Source: Candidatus Thorarchaeota archaeon (lineage in GTDB: Archaea > Asgardarchaeota > Thorarchaeia > Thorarchaeales > Thorarchaeaceae). From it: a DNA stretch of 64,000 nt. This document shows, in pieces, positions 10,041 to 19,236 of the stretch. Location of the stretch: NCBI GenBank assembly GCA_029855935.1, contig JAGSHN010000012.1:64001-128000 (forward strand), written 5' to 3'. The notes beneath the pieces were generated by a model. The model had not been told where the DNA came from and ran no database searches. It saw only the letters and a list, made by a program, of their open reading frames with translations. Position 1 is the first letter of the stretch; every line of letters begins with the position of its first letter. A program made the translations under genes and the position numbers.

Positions 10041-11258
10041 TTGACGGAGCGTCGGGTTGCCACTCAGATGTTATTGCTCTGCGTTCTGGGTGCTCTGGCC
10101 ATCTTCAGCTCAACGATGGCCAAGTCGCCTGTGCTACCTTACTTTGCCAAGTACCTGAACGCTGGGGACGCGGAAAGAGGTCTGATTGGTGCCGCCTCTC
10201 CTGCAACTGGTGTTCTTGTCAGTGCGCCCGTCGGGGTTCTGATGGATCGGAAGGGTCCCAAGCTGCTTCTATGGACTGCGGCCTTTCTGTTCGCATTTGT
10301 CCCCTTCCTCTACTTCTTTGTGACAATGCCAATCCAGCTCTTTGTCGTCCGTTTCATTCACGGATTCGCTACAGCCATTCTCGGGCCAGTGGCACTGGCC
10401 ATTGTGGCTGGCTGGTTTGGAGAGGACCGTGGCGAGAAGATGGCGCTATACTCCTCGTCCACAAGAGTCGGTCGTACGATGGCACCACTCGTGGGCGGTT
10501 TCCTGCTTGCAGTGCCCATCTTCGAACAGCTCGGTGTTGATGTCTATCGAGGGGTGTATCTCCTCTGCGGCCTTGTTGGTCTCTCAGTCCTTGCAATGGC
10601 GATACTTCTCCCCGTCGAGGTCGATAGGATCTCTAGAATGCCCTCTCCGGAGAACACCGTACCCATCTCTGCTGTACTGAGAAGGGACGTACTGGTGATA
10701 TGCGCTGCGCAGGCTGCGACCTTCTTCTTCTATGGCGCGTACGAGTTCTTCTTCCCCCTCTTTTGGGAGGAGCAGATTGGGGCTCCTGAATGGATTGCTG
10801 GCCCTGCGTTCACTCTTCTGACAATCACCCTGTTGGTGGCAGGCCCCGTATTCGGCCGCATATCAGACCGGCGTGGCCGAGTGCCATTCATAGTATCGGG
10901 TCTGTTGTCGCTGAGTGTCTTGGTTGCATTTGCCACGTTTGTCCCTGATATGTTGGTACAGTTCGCATTGATTGTCCCGATTGGCCTGTCCATTGTGGCC
11001 ACAGATGCAACAACCTCGCCCCTCGTCACTGAGCGTGTAGACCCATCCCAGAAGGGCACGGCGCTTGGTCTACTCAGTACAATAATGGACGTGGGACACT
11101 CAACAGGACCGCTGGTCGTGGGTCTTCTGCTTGTGCTCGGTGGTCACAGCTATGTATTCGCCTTCACTACCGCTGCACTCTTTCTGTCACCTATCCCCCT
11201 TCTTGTGCTCCTGATATTTAGGCGCAGAATGAGTGAAGTGAGTGAGCATGCGGCATGA
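10041..11258 (+). CDS. MFS transporter
   Basis: About 12 TM segments, motif A twice (GVLMDRKGPK; GRISDRRGRV). Confidence 0.93.
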   Translation: MTERRVATQMLLLCVLGALAIFSSTMAKSPVLPYFAKYLNAGDAERGLIGAASPATGVLVSAPVGVLMDRKGPKLLLWTAAFLFAFVPFLYFFVTMPIQLFVVRFIHGFATAILGPVALAIVAGWFGEDRGEKMALYSSSTRVGRTMAPLVGGFLLAVPIFEQLGVDVYRGVYLLCGLVGLSVLAMAILLPVEVDRISRMPSPENTVPISAVLRRDVLVICAAQAATFFFYGAYEFFFPLFWEEQIGAPEWIAGPAFTLLTITLLVAGPVFGRISDRRGRVPFIVSGLLSLSVLVAFATFVPDMLVQFALIVPIGLSIVATDATTSPLVTERVDPSQKGTALGLLSTIMDVGHSTGPLVVGLLLVLGGHSYVFAFTTAALFLSPIPLLVLLIFRRRMSEVSEHAA

Positions 11259-11317
11259 CCCTGAAACGGGTCATACCGCTAGCATTGCTGTCTGGCCGAC
11301 AGATGGCAGAGTACCGC

Positions 11318-11896
11318 CTATATCTTGCCCACCAGACTGACAGACGGTGCTAGGTCCTTCTCACCAGGCTTCCATCTGGCCGGGCATACCCTGCCCTCGT
11401 GCTCGGAGACATACTTGGCTGCGAGAAACTTCCTGTGAATCTCCTCGATGTTGCGACCAATGTCGTTGCTATGAATCTCCGCCGACACGAGCTTGCCATC
11501 AGGGTCAATGATGAATGTACCCCGCAGAGAGAGGCCTACGTCCTCCAGATACGTACCGAACATCCTGCTGAGCCTTCCTGCAGGGTCGGCCAGCATCGGG
11601 TACTTGACCTTGGATATGGCCTGGGAGTGATCGTGCCACGCCTTGTGGACGTAGTGTGTGTCAGTGCTGACGCTCATTATCTCTGCGCCCTCCTTGCGGA
11701 AGTTCTCATAGAACTCGGCTGCATCCTCAAGCTCCGTCGGGCAGACGAAGGTGAAGTCCGCCGGATAGAACAGGAGGACTACCCACTTTCCCTTGTAGTC
11801 CGAGAGCCTGATCTTTCCAAAGTCGTCCTTCTCGGGGAGGTATGCGTCGACCTCGAAGTCTGGAACCTCTTCTCCAACCTGTATCACGTTGTCCAA
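11318..11896 (-). CDS. ahpC: 2-Cys peroxiredoxin AhpC
   Basis: FYPADFTFVCPTE peroxidatic motif and VCPARW resolving Cys. Confidence 0.96.
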   Translation of the reverse strand: MDNVIQVGEEVPDFEVDAYLPEKDDFGKIRLSDYKGKWVVLLFYPADFTFVCPTELEDAAEFYENFRKEGAEIMSVSTDTHYVHKAWHDHSQAISKVKYPMLADPAGRLSRMFGTYLEDVGLSLRGTFIIDPDGKLVSAEIHSNDIGRNIEEIHRKFLAAKYVSEHEGRVCPARWKPGEKDLAPSVSLVGKI

Positions 11897-11956
11897 TTAC
11901 ATCACCGGACTTAACGATAGTGAAGTAATATTAAACGATTTCGGTCCGGCATCATC

Positions 11957-12433
11957 TCAGGTGTTGGGTTCGGTATGGGAGATTGTTATGGCTGGCGCAG
12001 ACCGTCCTGACCTCATCCCACGTACCTCTCCTATCCTTGCCGCTATGCCCCCTGCGATTGCACTAAGAAGCCAGATCTGGCTCGGGTCTGTCACTGGTTT
12101 CGCGGCCCATATCTGTGGCCACAGTGGATGTCCACCGACAATCCAACCCAACAGGGAGTCGGAGACAATGGCCAGCAGGAGCATTATGAGGCCTGCAAGC
12201 ACTCCTTTGACAACGGGACAGATGTGGAGGCGCAGGCTGCAGCCCTGGTTCATCAGATTGGAGTAGGTCACGGGAACTACCACAACCGGCACAATGACCA
12301 ACCGGGTCCACCAGAAGAGCGAGAACTCAACGGACAGTCCCAGCATGACACCAACTAAGGTCGTGATCAGATAGAGCGGTAACCAGACCTTGACAATCCA
12401 CATCCATGTCTCGATGTCAGACCTCACAGACAT
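11957..12433 (-). CDS. Hypothetical 4-TM membrane protein
   Basis: Four hydrophobic segments; start 12433 or 12457. Confidence 0.7.
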   Translation of the reverse strand: MSVRSDIETWMWIVKVWLPLYLITTLVGVMLGLSVEFSLFWWTRLVIVPVVVVPVTYSNLMNQGCSLRLHICPVVKGVLAGLIMLLLAIVSDSLLGWIVGGHPLWPQIWAAKPVTDPSQIWLLSAIAGGIAARIGEVRGMRSGRSAPAITISHTEPNT

Positions 12434-12583
12434 TGTCTTATCGCCGTCCGAAGACATGTGGTGATACTAATTACTGATGTGATGTGGTGCTCTGCCTGAT
12501 GCGCGCCGGGGGACCGAACACACCCTATGAGACGATATTGGGAACCTTGATAGGAACGGGTCTCACAATATGACTTGGTGAAT

Positions 12584-12733
12584 ATGGCTCGGCACATTGT
12601 GGTCGCGGATGACATCTACCTGCGACTGAAGGCGCTGAAGAAGCCAGGGGAGAGCTTTAGCAACGTGATCAGACGCCTGATAGAGGAGGCAGACGCAACG
12701 ATGCCTGCAAGAGTGCCCGCGTCAACCTCTTGA
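12584..12733 (+). CDS. Archaeal VapB-like antitoxin/RHH protein (DUF217-like), 49 aa, absent from the ORF track
   Basis: Manual translation MARHIVVADDIYLRLKALKKPGESFSNVIRRLIEEADATMPARVPASTS; YxRLKALKxxGESFSxVIxRL signature; GGTGA upstream. Confidence 0.8.
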   Translation: MARHIVVADDIYLRLKALKKPGESFSNVIRRLIEEADATMPARVPASTS

Positions 12734-12737
12734 CAGC

Positions 12738-14027
12738 TTATGGAGTTACTCGGTTCAGTACCCTTGGGAACGCGCATGCGTCTCTGATGTGATCCAGCTT
12801 GAGGAGCCACCAGACAAGCCGTTCTGTGCCAAGTCCGAACCCTGAGTGTGGCACCGAGCCGTATCGTCTTAGGTCGAGATACCACTGATAGTCTGCAGGG
12901 TCGAATCCCTCTGCCTTCACACGCTCTATGATGTTGTCAAGGTCCTCCTCTCGTGCGCCACCGGTGGTCATCTCGCCGTAGCCCTCCGGGGCCATCAGGT
13001 CGGCCGATAGGACATATCCGGGATTGTCCGGGTCGCGCTTCACATAGAACGGCTTGATCTCCTCCGGGTATCGGTAGATGAAGAAGGGCCTGTCAAAGTG
13101 GTTTGACAGTGCGCGCTCGGCTGGGGCACCAAAGTCTGTCCCGGGCCTCATGTCGATGCCCTTCTCCTGCACAATCTTGACCGCCTCATCATAGGTGATC
13201 CTCTTGAACGGCGGTCTGATTGAGAGCAGGTAGTCAGGGTCGCGTCCGAGTGAGCTGATTGCGTCAGGCATCTTCTCAGCCACTGTCTTGCATATGTACG
13301 AGAAGAGATGCTCCTGAACCTGCATTATCTCCTCAAGGCCCTTGAAGGGGCACTCCGCCTCGATGTGCCAGTACTCTGTCAGGTGGCGGACAGTCCTAGA
13401 CTTCTCGGCGCGGAAGGATGGAGTTATGGAGTAGACATCGCCAAGCGCGAAGATGAGTGCCTCTAGATAGAGCTGTGCGCTCTGGCTCAGGTATGCCATT
13501 CTGTCAAAGTACTTGAGGCTGAACAGCGTTGCACCACCCTCGCATGCGCTGCCCACAAGGATTGGTGGGAAAGTCTCCGTGTAGCCGTTCTCGTAGAACC
13601 ATTCGCGTGCCGCGCGCACGACCTCCGCCTTGACCTGCATGATCTGGGTCAGTTTGCGGCTCCGGATCCAGAGGTGTCTGTTGTCCAGAAGGACCTCGAC
13701 CGACTGATCCTTGGTGATTGGGAACATGTGTGAGGGACCAATCAGCTCAAAACCGGTTATCTCGAGCTCAATTCCTCCGGGCGCTCTCTTGTCCTCCTTT
13801 GCCAGCCCAGTTATCTTCACAGACGACTCTATACCAAGATTCTCTGGTATCTGGACCTGAGGGTTCAGATTGGGATGATGCACGCACTGGAGTACTCCGG
13901 TTTCATCACGCAACACAATGAAGGTTGCCTTGCCGTGTATCCTCTTCCTGTAGACCCATCCTCTGATGGTGTAGGTCTCACCGGGTACTTTCACGTCACG
14001 AATCTTGACGATGCCATCCGTGCTCAA
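12738..14027 (-). CDS. asnS: Asparagine--tRNA ligase
   Basis: OB-fold RGWV...FIVLRD, YLSQSAQLY, FRAEKSRTVRHLTEYW, PHSGFGLGTER. Confidence 0.93.
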   Translation of the reverse strand: MSTDGIVKIRDVKVPGETYTIRGWVYRKRIHGKATFIVLRDETGVLQCVHHPNLNPQVQIPENLGIESSVKITGLAKEDKRAPGGIELEITGFELIGPSHMFPITKDQSVEVLLDNRHLWIRSRKLTQIMQVKAEVVRAAREWFYENGYTETFPPILVGSACEGGATLFSLKYFDRMAYLSQSAQLYLEALIFALGDVYSITPSFRAEKSRTVRHLTEYWHIEAECPFKGLEEIMQVQEHLFSYICKTVAEKMPDAISSLGRDPDYLLSIRPPFKRITYDEAVKIVQEKGIDMRPGTDFGAPAERALSNHFDRPFFIYRYPEEIKPFYVKRDPDNPGYVLSADLMAPEGYGEMTTGGAREEDLDNIIERVKAEGFDPADYQWYLDLRRYGSVPHSGFGLGTERLVWWLLKLDHIRDACAFPRVLNRVTP

Positions 14028-14106
14028 TGCTCATCCCACGTAGGGGGCCTCATTGTGGACCTTATAATAGTATGGCCGTTGCTGACGGATTTCTTTCTGT
14101 GGCTCC

Positions 14107-14829
14107 CTACAGCCCGAACGAGTATACGTACAGCACCATCACAATGACGGCGATTATGAGCGAGGCAATTACCTGCCACTGTCTTGGCTCGGTCATCGGT
14201 TCCTCGACACGTGTGTATCTGAACCTGTCAAAGAAGAGATAGGCTATGGGCAGCGTGATGATGGTCGCCAGTATCTGGTCCGCGATCCAGTGCTGCCTGA
14301 CGAAGAGGGTCGATACCATCACTGCAATGGCAATGGGCCAAGACACGTAGCCATACTCTCTCTTTGCCCTCCAGAGGGCGTATGCTGAGAGCAGGGACAT
14401 TGAACCGTGGAGACTGGGGAAGCAGTTCACCTGTACATCTGTCTGATAGAGCAGCCTCACCTGTTCGGAGAAGAAGTCTGTCCCAGTGACTATCCGCTCG
14501 GGACCGAGCACAGGAAATATCAGATAGATCGCGTAGGCGACGAGGCTGACCACCACATATGAGATGAGCATGGCATTTCTGAACTCGCGCTGGACAAACG
14601 AGAGATACACGTAGCTGAAGAAGATGAACGAGTAGAACACGTACCAGTAGATTATGATCACCGGTGGAATGAGTGGTATCATCAGGTCCAGCGGTGTCGC
14701 CAGTGTCACCGGTGCATGTATGTGCAATGACAACTCTGCCACAGGCGTGTACAACAAGGACACACCAAGAATCACAAGGATGGTGATGATGCCATACAGT
14801 ACCCAGATGTATTCTCTCACGTCCGACAT
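14107..14829 (-). CDS. PAP2-superfamily membrane phosphatase/phosphotransferase (AUR1/IPT1-like)
   Basis: NCFPSLH and STLFVRQHWIAD catalytic motifs, multiple TM segments. Confidence 0.85.
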   Translation of the reverse strand: MSDVREYIWVLYGIITILVILGVSLLYTPVAELSLHIHAPVTLATPLDLMIPLIPPVIIIYWYVFYSFIFFSYVYLSFVQREFRNAMLISYVVVSLVAYAIYLIFPVLGPERIVTGTDFFSEQVRLLYQTDVQVNCFPSLHGSMSLLSAYALWRAKREYGYVSWPIAIAVMVSTLFVRQHWIADQILATIITLPIAYLFFDRFRYTRVEEPMTEPRQWQVIASLIIAVIVMVLYVYSFGL

Positions 14830-14950
14830 TGCGGTACTGGGCATCTCGTCCTACCAAAAATACGTTCCTCTTCAATCTGGCACGTCGCGTACCCCACTGT
14901 GAGTCGGTCGATAACAAGAGGCCGAGTCTTGTAGAGAAGAAATGGTGGAC

Positions 14951-14984
14951 GAGGGGCTATGCACCAAGAGGCGCAAAGACCCTC
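14951..14984 (-). terminator. Stem-loop downstream of the subtilisin gene
   Basis: Imperfect inverted repeat GAGGG...CCCTC, followed on the minus strand by a pyrimidine run. Confidence 0.45.
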
Positions 14985-15007
14985 ATCCTGTTGCTGTTGC
15001 CGGAATC

Positions 15008-16066
15008 CTACCTCTGGATGAGCCCGTATCCGTAGGCTGGGTCCCATCCGGACGGGCCAAGATCCAGTGCGGTGCTGTGGAGATATCCACGAATCGTGTT
15101 GGTTCCCGTGTCGTCAAAGGTGCCGACGGGCATCTTCCCGTTTATGGCAATGATAAGGGCCACGAGTCCGGCCACGTGGGGGCAGGCCATCGATGTGCCC
15201 GAGAGGGTATCATAGCCGCCACCCTTGTAGGTGCTGTAGATTCCGACACCTGGGGCCGTGACCTCGACGTACGACCCGGTGTTCGAGAACGACGCCACCG
15301 CGTCATCCTTGTTGGTTGCACCAACAGCAATGACCTCTGCGTACGCGGCCGGGTAGGAGATCTCCTCGGTGGAGGGGTCTCCGTCACCCTCATTGCCTGC
15401 TGCAGCGACGAGTACAATACCCATGTTGTAGGCATGGATGATCGCGTCGTGGACCTCTGTGGGCGCGGATGAGGCTCCCAGGCTCATGCTGATGACATCG
15501 GCATCATCAGCTGTGCCCTCGATGCCATCAGGACCCTGACAGGCAAGGTAGATTCCTGTCACAAGGTCGCTCCAGTCACCTCTGCCTCCGTTGCCGAGGA
15601 CCTTGATAGCGTATATCTCGACGTTGGCGTACATTCCCACGACGCCATTGCCATCGCGAACAGCTCCAATGGTACCTGCGACGTGAGTGCCGTGTCCGTT
15701 CTTGTCATCGGCGCTTCTGCCACCAGTCGCATCGACGGTCCACTTGATGTTTGAGACAAGATCCGGATGGTCAAGGTCTATCCCAGTGTCGAGGATAGCG
15801 ACTTGGACCTTCGTTGTGGGCTGGTCTCCGTCATAGTTCCCATTGAACACTCTCTCGATGCCCCACGGCGTCTCGGGGTCGTTGTCTTGCCACGGGTATG
15901 TTGTTTCGTCGCCTCCACCCGGCCCCGCCCAGGGCGGTGGTCCGACTAGGGCGACGAACCCTTTGTGCTTCGGAGTCACTGCAAACGCTGCCACCGGGAA
16001 GGTGGACACAGCGAAGAGAAGCAGGATCAATCCGGCGAGGGTCTTAGTCTTCACTTTCTCTCTCAC
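15008..16066 (-). CDS. Secreted S8 subtilisin (Tk-subtilisin-like) with truncated propeptide
   Basis: ILDTG, HGTHVAG, AAAGN, GTSMACPH; PVGTFDD...RGYLHSTALDLG C-terminus; signal peptide. Confidence 0.95.
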   Translation of the reverse strand: MREKVKTKTLAGLILLLFAVSTFPVAAFAVTPKHKGFVALVGPPPWAGPGGGDETTYPWQDNDPETPWGIERVFNGNYDGDQPTTKVQVAILDTGIDLDHPDLVSNIKWTVDATGGRSADDKNGHGTHVAGTIGAVRDGNGVVGMYANVEIYAIKVLGNGGRGDWSDLVTGIYLACQGPDGIEGTADDADVISMSLGASSAPTEVHDAIIHAYNMGIVLVAAAGNEGDGDPSTEEISYPAAYAEVIAVGATNKDDAVASFSNTGSYVEVTAPGVGIYSTYKGGGYDTLSGTSMACPHVAGLVALIIAINGKMPVGTFDDTGTNTIRGYLHSTALDLGPSGWDPAYGYGLIQR

Positions 16067-16133
16067 CTGTCAAAGGAGTCTGTCCGTCATTCGGCTGACA
16101 GACTGCTCTCCAAGTGCCCTGCCACCTAATAAA

Positions 16134-16186
16134 TATTGGGTGAATTCTATAACCTACTTGGTGTAGAGTATATATTTCACCCAATA
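16134..16186. promoter_or_regulatory. Long inverted repeat (candidate operator) in a divergent promoter
   Basis: TATTGGGTGAA (16134-16144) pairs with TTCACCCAATA (16176-16186), extending inward to 16/18 paired bases. Confidence 0.65.
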
Positions 16187-16310
16187 GTCTGGGATACGTT
16201 CGTCGCAACACTCTGATAGAGTTCCATCATCCCATCTCTCAGCGGGTCAAGTCTTAACTCATAGGCTCACAGAGTTTATATAGAATGTCGTCAGACCGTC
16301 CGTGATGGTC

Positions 16311-16796
16311 ATGGCCCGGCGTAATCTCATCTCCATTCTTCTCCTCTCCGTCCTGATCATAGCCGCATCATCGACTGTTGCCTATGCCTCAAGTGTCACA
16401 GTCCGGAGCAGTAATAGACAGGTCTCTGTCACGCTCTCAATTGTGGAGGCATTCTATACGGATGCGGACGGGGACGGATACGAGGACGACGTTGTCGGTT
16501 ATTTCGACATCTTTCTGGGCGGCCGACAGCGCTACACAATGGACATCTCTCCGGCATTGACTCTGCCCTCTGGAGAGTCCTACACCTACCTCTACACGGT
16601 CAACACCCGTCTGTCGACACTACACTGTACGATGTACTTCTACGACCACGCGCTGGAGAGCGGAAACTACACATTCAGTGTTGATATCGTGCTGTATACG
16701 GGTGGTGTTGCTGCAGGGCAGACCCACTACTCCTTCGACCCACCGGGCGGATCTGGCGATGCAGATCCGTGCGGCTTCCTTGTCGTGAGCGCCTGA
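16311..16796 (+). CDS. Secreted beta-rich hypothetical protein
   Basis: Signal peptide (…VAYA), DADGDGYEDD Ca-loop, alternating beta pattern. Confidence 0.8.
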   Translation: MARRNLISILLLSVLIIAASSTVAYASSVTVRSSNRQVSVTLSIVEAFYTDADGDGYEDDVVGYFDIFLGGRQRYTMDISPALTLPSGESYTYLYTVNTRLSTLHCTMYFYDHALESGNYTFSVDIVLYTGGVAAGQTHYSFDPPGGSGDADPCGFLVVSA

Positions 16797-16883
16797 CACT
16801 CCTCCTCGTGACGCGAGTCAGCTCGGTCCGTGGAATGCCGCAGTCCTGAGGGCTTTGGGGGGCCAAGACGGGGTGAAACAACA

Positions 16884-17993
16884 ATGCCACTATCACAGCT
16901 TGACCTAAAGATACTGCATCTAATCGAACTGAGGCCCACAATCTCAGTTCAGGAACTGGCAAAGATGACCGGTGTGAGCTGGATCACAGCCAATCGTCAC
17001 ATCAAGAAGCTGAGAGAGGACCGTGTTCTGTCAGACCCTGTCGCAGTGTTCAATCCCGACCGACTGGGCCTCGAACGTCACGTTGTTTTTCTAGAGGCGA
17101 CAGGAGAGTCTGGTCTGCAGGCGCTTGAGATTGCATGCGATGTCCATCCCTATACTCACTACAGGTCACGGGTGTACGGCCCGTATCCCGGGCTCTTTGT
17201 CCAGTTTGACATTCCTCCCGTAGGTGCCACCCTACTGCAGGAGTTTCTCGACGAGCTGGCAGGAATGGGGCACGGTCAGGTCCGTGTCTCTCGTAGGAGT
17301 TCGGGTTTCAGGGCGTCGACCATCCCGAGCCTCACACTGTTCGACCCCAAGACGATGACGTGGCACTATGACTGGACTAAGTGGACCGAGCAGATAGGGC
17401 GCCTATCCCCGAGGCTCGAGCGCCCTGGGGTCTCTCGTGGTGCGGATCAACGCCTCAACCTCACTGAGGCCGACCTTGGAATCTTGCGCGAGCTCACCTC
17501 GAACGCCAATCTCAATCAGGCGATTCTCCAGAAGATGTTCTCCCTATCACAGAGCACGGTGAGTAGAAAGGTCATCTCCATCCGCGAGCGGTTCATCGAG
17601 TCCGTCCGTGCTCAGATTGACCGGTCCCGGTTCGACATCACGTCCACCAAGATGTTCTACAGCGAGAACGTCGACGATGCCACCCGAGCCCGGCTCTTCA
17701 ATGCATTCTCTCTTGACACTGCCCCGCCGTTCCCGATGTCCATCGACCTGCTCGATGATGGCGGTGTCCTGTTGTGGGGGCGGATGCCACCCTCTCACGA
17801 GCACAATCTGTTCTACGCGCTGTGGCGGTACCTGCATAACCTTCAGGTGTTCACGATGGACACAGTCCGCGACCACAGCCGCCTCTACTGGTTCTACCCG
17901 GCGAACTACGATGTCGAGTCCCAACAATGGAGATGCGACCGCACGTGGATGGTGGAGCAGCCCCTTGATGACCTGCGCAAGGCCCTGAAATAG
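16884..17993 (+). CDS. Double winged-HTH (Lrp/AsnC-like) transcription regulator
   Basis: LDLKIL...ELAKMTGVSWITANRHIKKL and DLGILREL...LSQSTVSRKV HTH units. Confidence 0.85.
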   Translation: MPLSQLDLKILHLIELRPTISVQELAKMTGVSWITANRHIKKLREDRVLSDPVAVFNPDRLGLERHVVFLEATGESGLQALEIACDVHPYTHYRSRVYGPYPGLFVQFDIPPVGATLLQEFLDELAGMGHGQVRVSRRSSGFRASTIPSLTLFDPKTMTWHYDWTKWTEQIGRLSPRLERPGVSRGADQRLNLTEADLGILRELTSNANLNQAILQKMFSLSQSTVSRKVISIRERFIESVRAQIDRSRFDITSTKMFYSENVDDATRARLFNAFSLDTAPPFPMSIDLLDDGGVLLWGRMPPSHEHNLFYALWRYLHNLQVFTMDTVRDHSRLYWFYPANYDVESQQWRCDRTWMVEQPLDDLRKALK

Positions 17994-18041
17994 GCATTCT
18001 CCGGTCCCTGTCTAAAGTATCATGACCGGACGGTGCCGAAG

Positions 18042-18073
18042 AAAAAGCGGGGTGGGGGCACGGAGGGCCCCCA
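18042..18073 (-). terminator. Hairpin plus U-tract terminator of dps
   Basis: TGGGGGC/GCCCCCA stem (18053-18073), then CGCTTTTTC on the minus strand. Confidence 0.6.
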
Positions 18074-18114
18074 ATTCCTAGGATGTGTCCCTGTGCGGGA
18101 CAACTGGTGTCAGC

Positions 18115-18666
18115 CTACCTCAGGAACTTGCTGACGAATGGCGAGGTCTCGCCGCGACGCATGAAGTGGCCCGACGGTCCCTCCCCGAGGAACTCTGAGA
18201 ACCACGACTCATGCTCAATCTCCTCGTGCAGGATGGCCACCACGAGCTCGTACGTCCTATGATCCTTTCCCGCCGTCATCTTTGCAAGCTGAGTGTAGCC
18301 CCTGACAGCACATCTCTCCGCCTCGACAAGGACCTTCAGAATCTCTCTGACATCCGTCGGGTCCTCGGGGAGCAGGGCGGGTGGGCAGGCGGACATGTCG
18401 TGGAACTCCTTCATGTCCTGTGGGAGCTCGCCTCCAAGCTCGTATATCCGTGGTACCAGTGCCTCGAAGTGATTTCTGTCCTCGACTCTCGCGACCTCTG
18501 CTATCTCCTTGAGTCCCTCTCCCTCAAGTCCTATGAGGTGGACTCTGAGAATTGTGTAGTAGTAGTACGTCGTCAGCTCGGCTGAGGCATTCTTGATCAA
18601 CAGCCTGAGGAGCTTGTCCAGGTCGACCCCGGCATTCTCCACCATCTCTCTTGCTACTCGCGCCAT
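18115..18666 (-). CDS. dps: DPS-like (DPSL) ferritin-superfamily protein
   Basis: ASAELTTYYYYTILR, EDRNHFE, SACPPA and AERCA cysteines (thioferritin motif), EEIEHE. Confidence 0.95.
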   Translation of the reverse strand: MARVAREMVENAGVDLDKLLRLLIKNASAELTTYYYYTILRVHLIGLEGEGLKEIAEVARVEDRNHFEALVPRIYELGGELPQDMKEFHDMSACPPALLPEDPTDVREILKVLVEAERCAVRGYTQLAKMTAGKDHRTYELVVAILHEEIEHESWFSEFLGEGPSGHFMRRGETSPFVSKFLR

Positions 18667-18753
18667 TCTATCACCTTACTTCTATCTCGAAGTAACTTCT
18701 ATATAATAGTTTCTACACATATCCTTATATTCAGCCGGTTCCAGTCCTCTGCT

Positions 18754-19158
18754 GTGATCGCCCAACTCAAGAGACATGGACTACGGCTCACGCCGCAGAG
18801 AATGGCCATACTACGCACGCTAGAGGAGATAGGTCATCATCATCCCTCCTTCTCCCAAGTCTGTTCCGCGGTTCAGAGCGACCATCCCAACATCAGTCAG
18901 TCGACCATACTGAAGAACCTCGAGGCCTTTGAGAGGATTGGCATCCTACGCAGCTTTCACTATCGTGGTGAGACCCGATACGAGCTCAACCCTGCGCCGC
19001 ACGTCAATCTGATTCGTGAGGACGGTGCAATAGTCGATATCGAAGATGATGCCATCAGGGGCCTGCTTGTCAAACTCCAGAGGGCTGTGGCAGAGAGAGT
19101 CGGCGCCGACGTGGATCGCATCCTCATAATCGCTGAGACTGAGCAGAACAGAGGCTGA
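18754..19158 (+). CDS. Fur/PerR-family regulator lacking the Cys4 Zn site
   Basis: GLRLTPQRMAIL, HPS, SQSTILKNL, RYE...PHVN; divergent from dps. Confidence 0.88.
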   Translation: MIAQLKRHGLRLTPQRMAILRTLEEIGHHHPSFSQVCSAVQSDHPNISQSTILKNLEAFERIGILRSFHYRGETRYELNPAPHVNLIREDGAIVDIEDDAIRGLLVKLQRAVAERVGADVDRILIIAETEQNRG

Positions 19159-19236
19159 GTGCGGTGTCGCGTGGACTTCCCAATCCTTAAGTGGTTTCAC
19201 GATAATATGTTCTGTTGACTATTGAGGTGAAACTTA

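Noticed and set aside
11318-11896. Selenocysteine-containing AhpC
   Set aside because: Both catalytic positions are ordinary Cys in an uninterrupted ORF; no convincing in-frame TGA or TAG recoding noticed in the window
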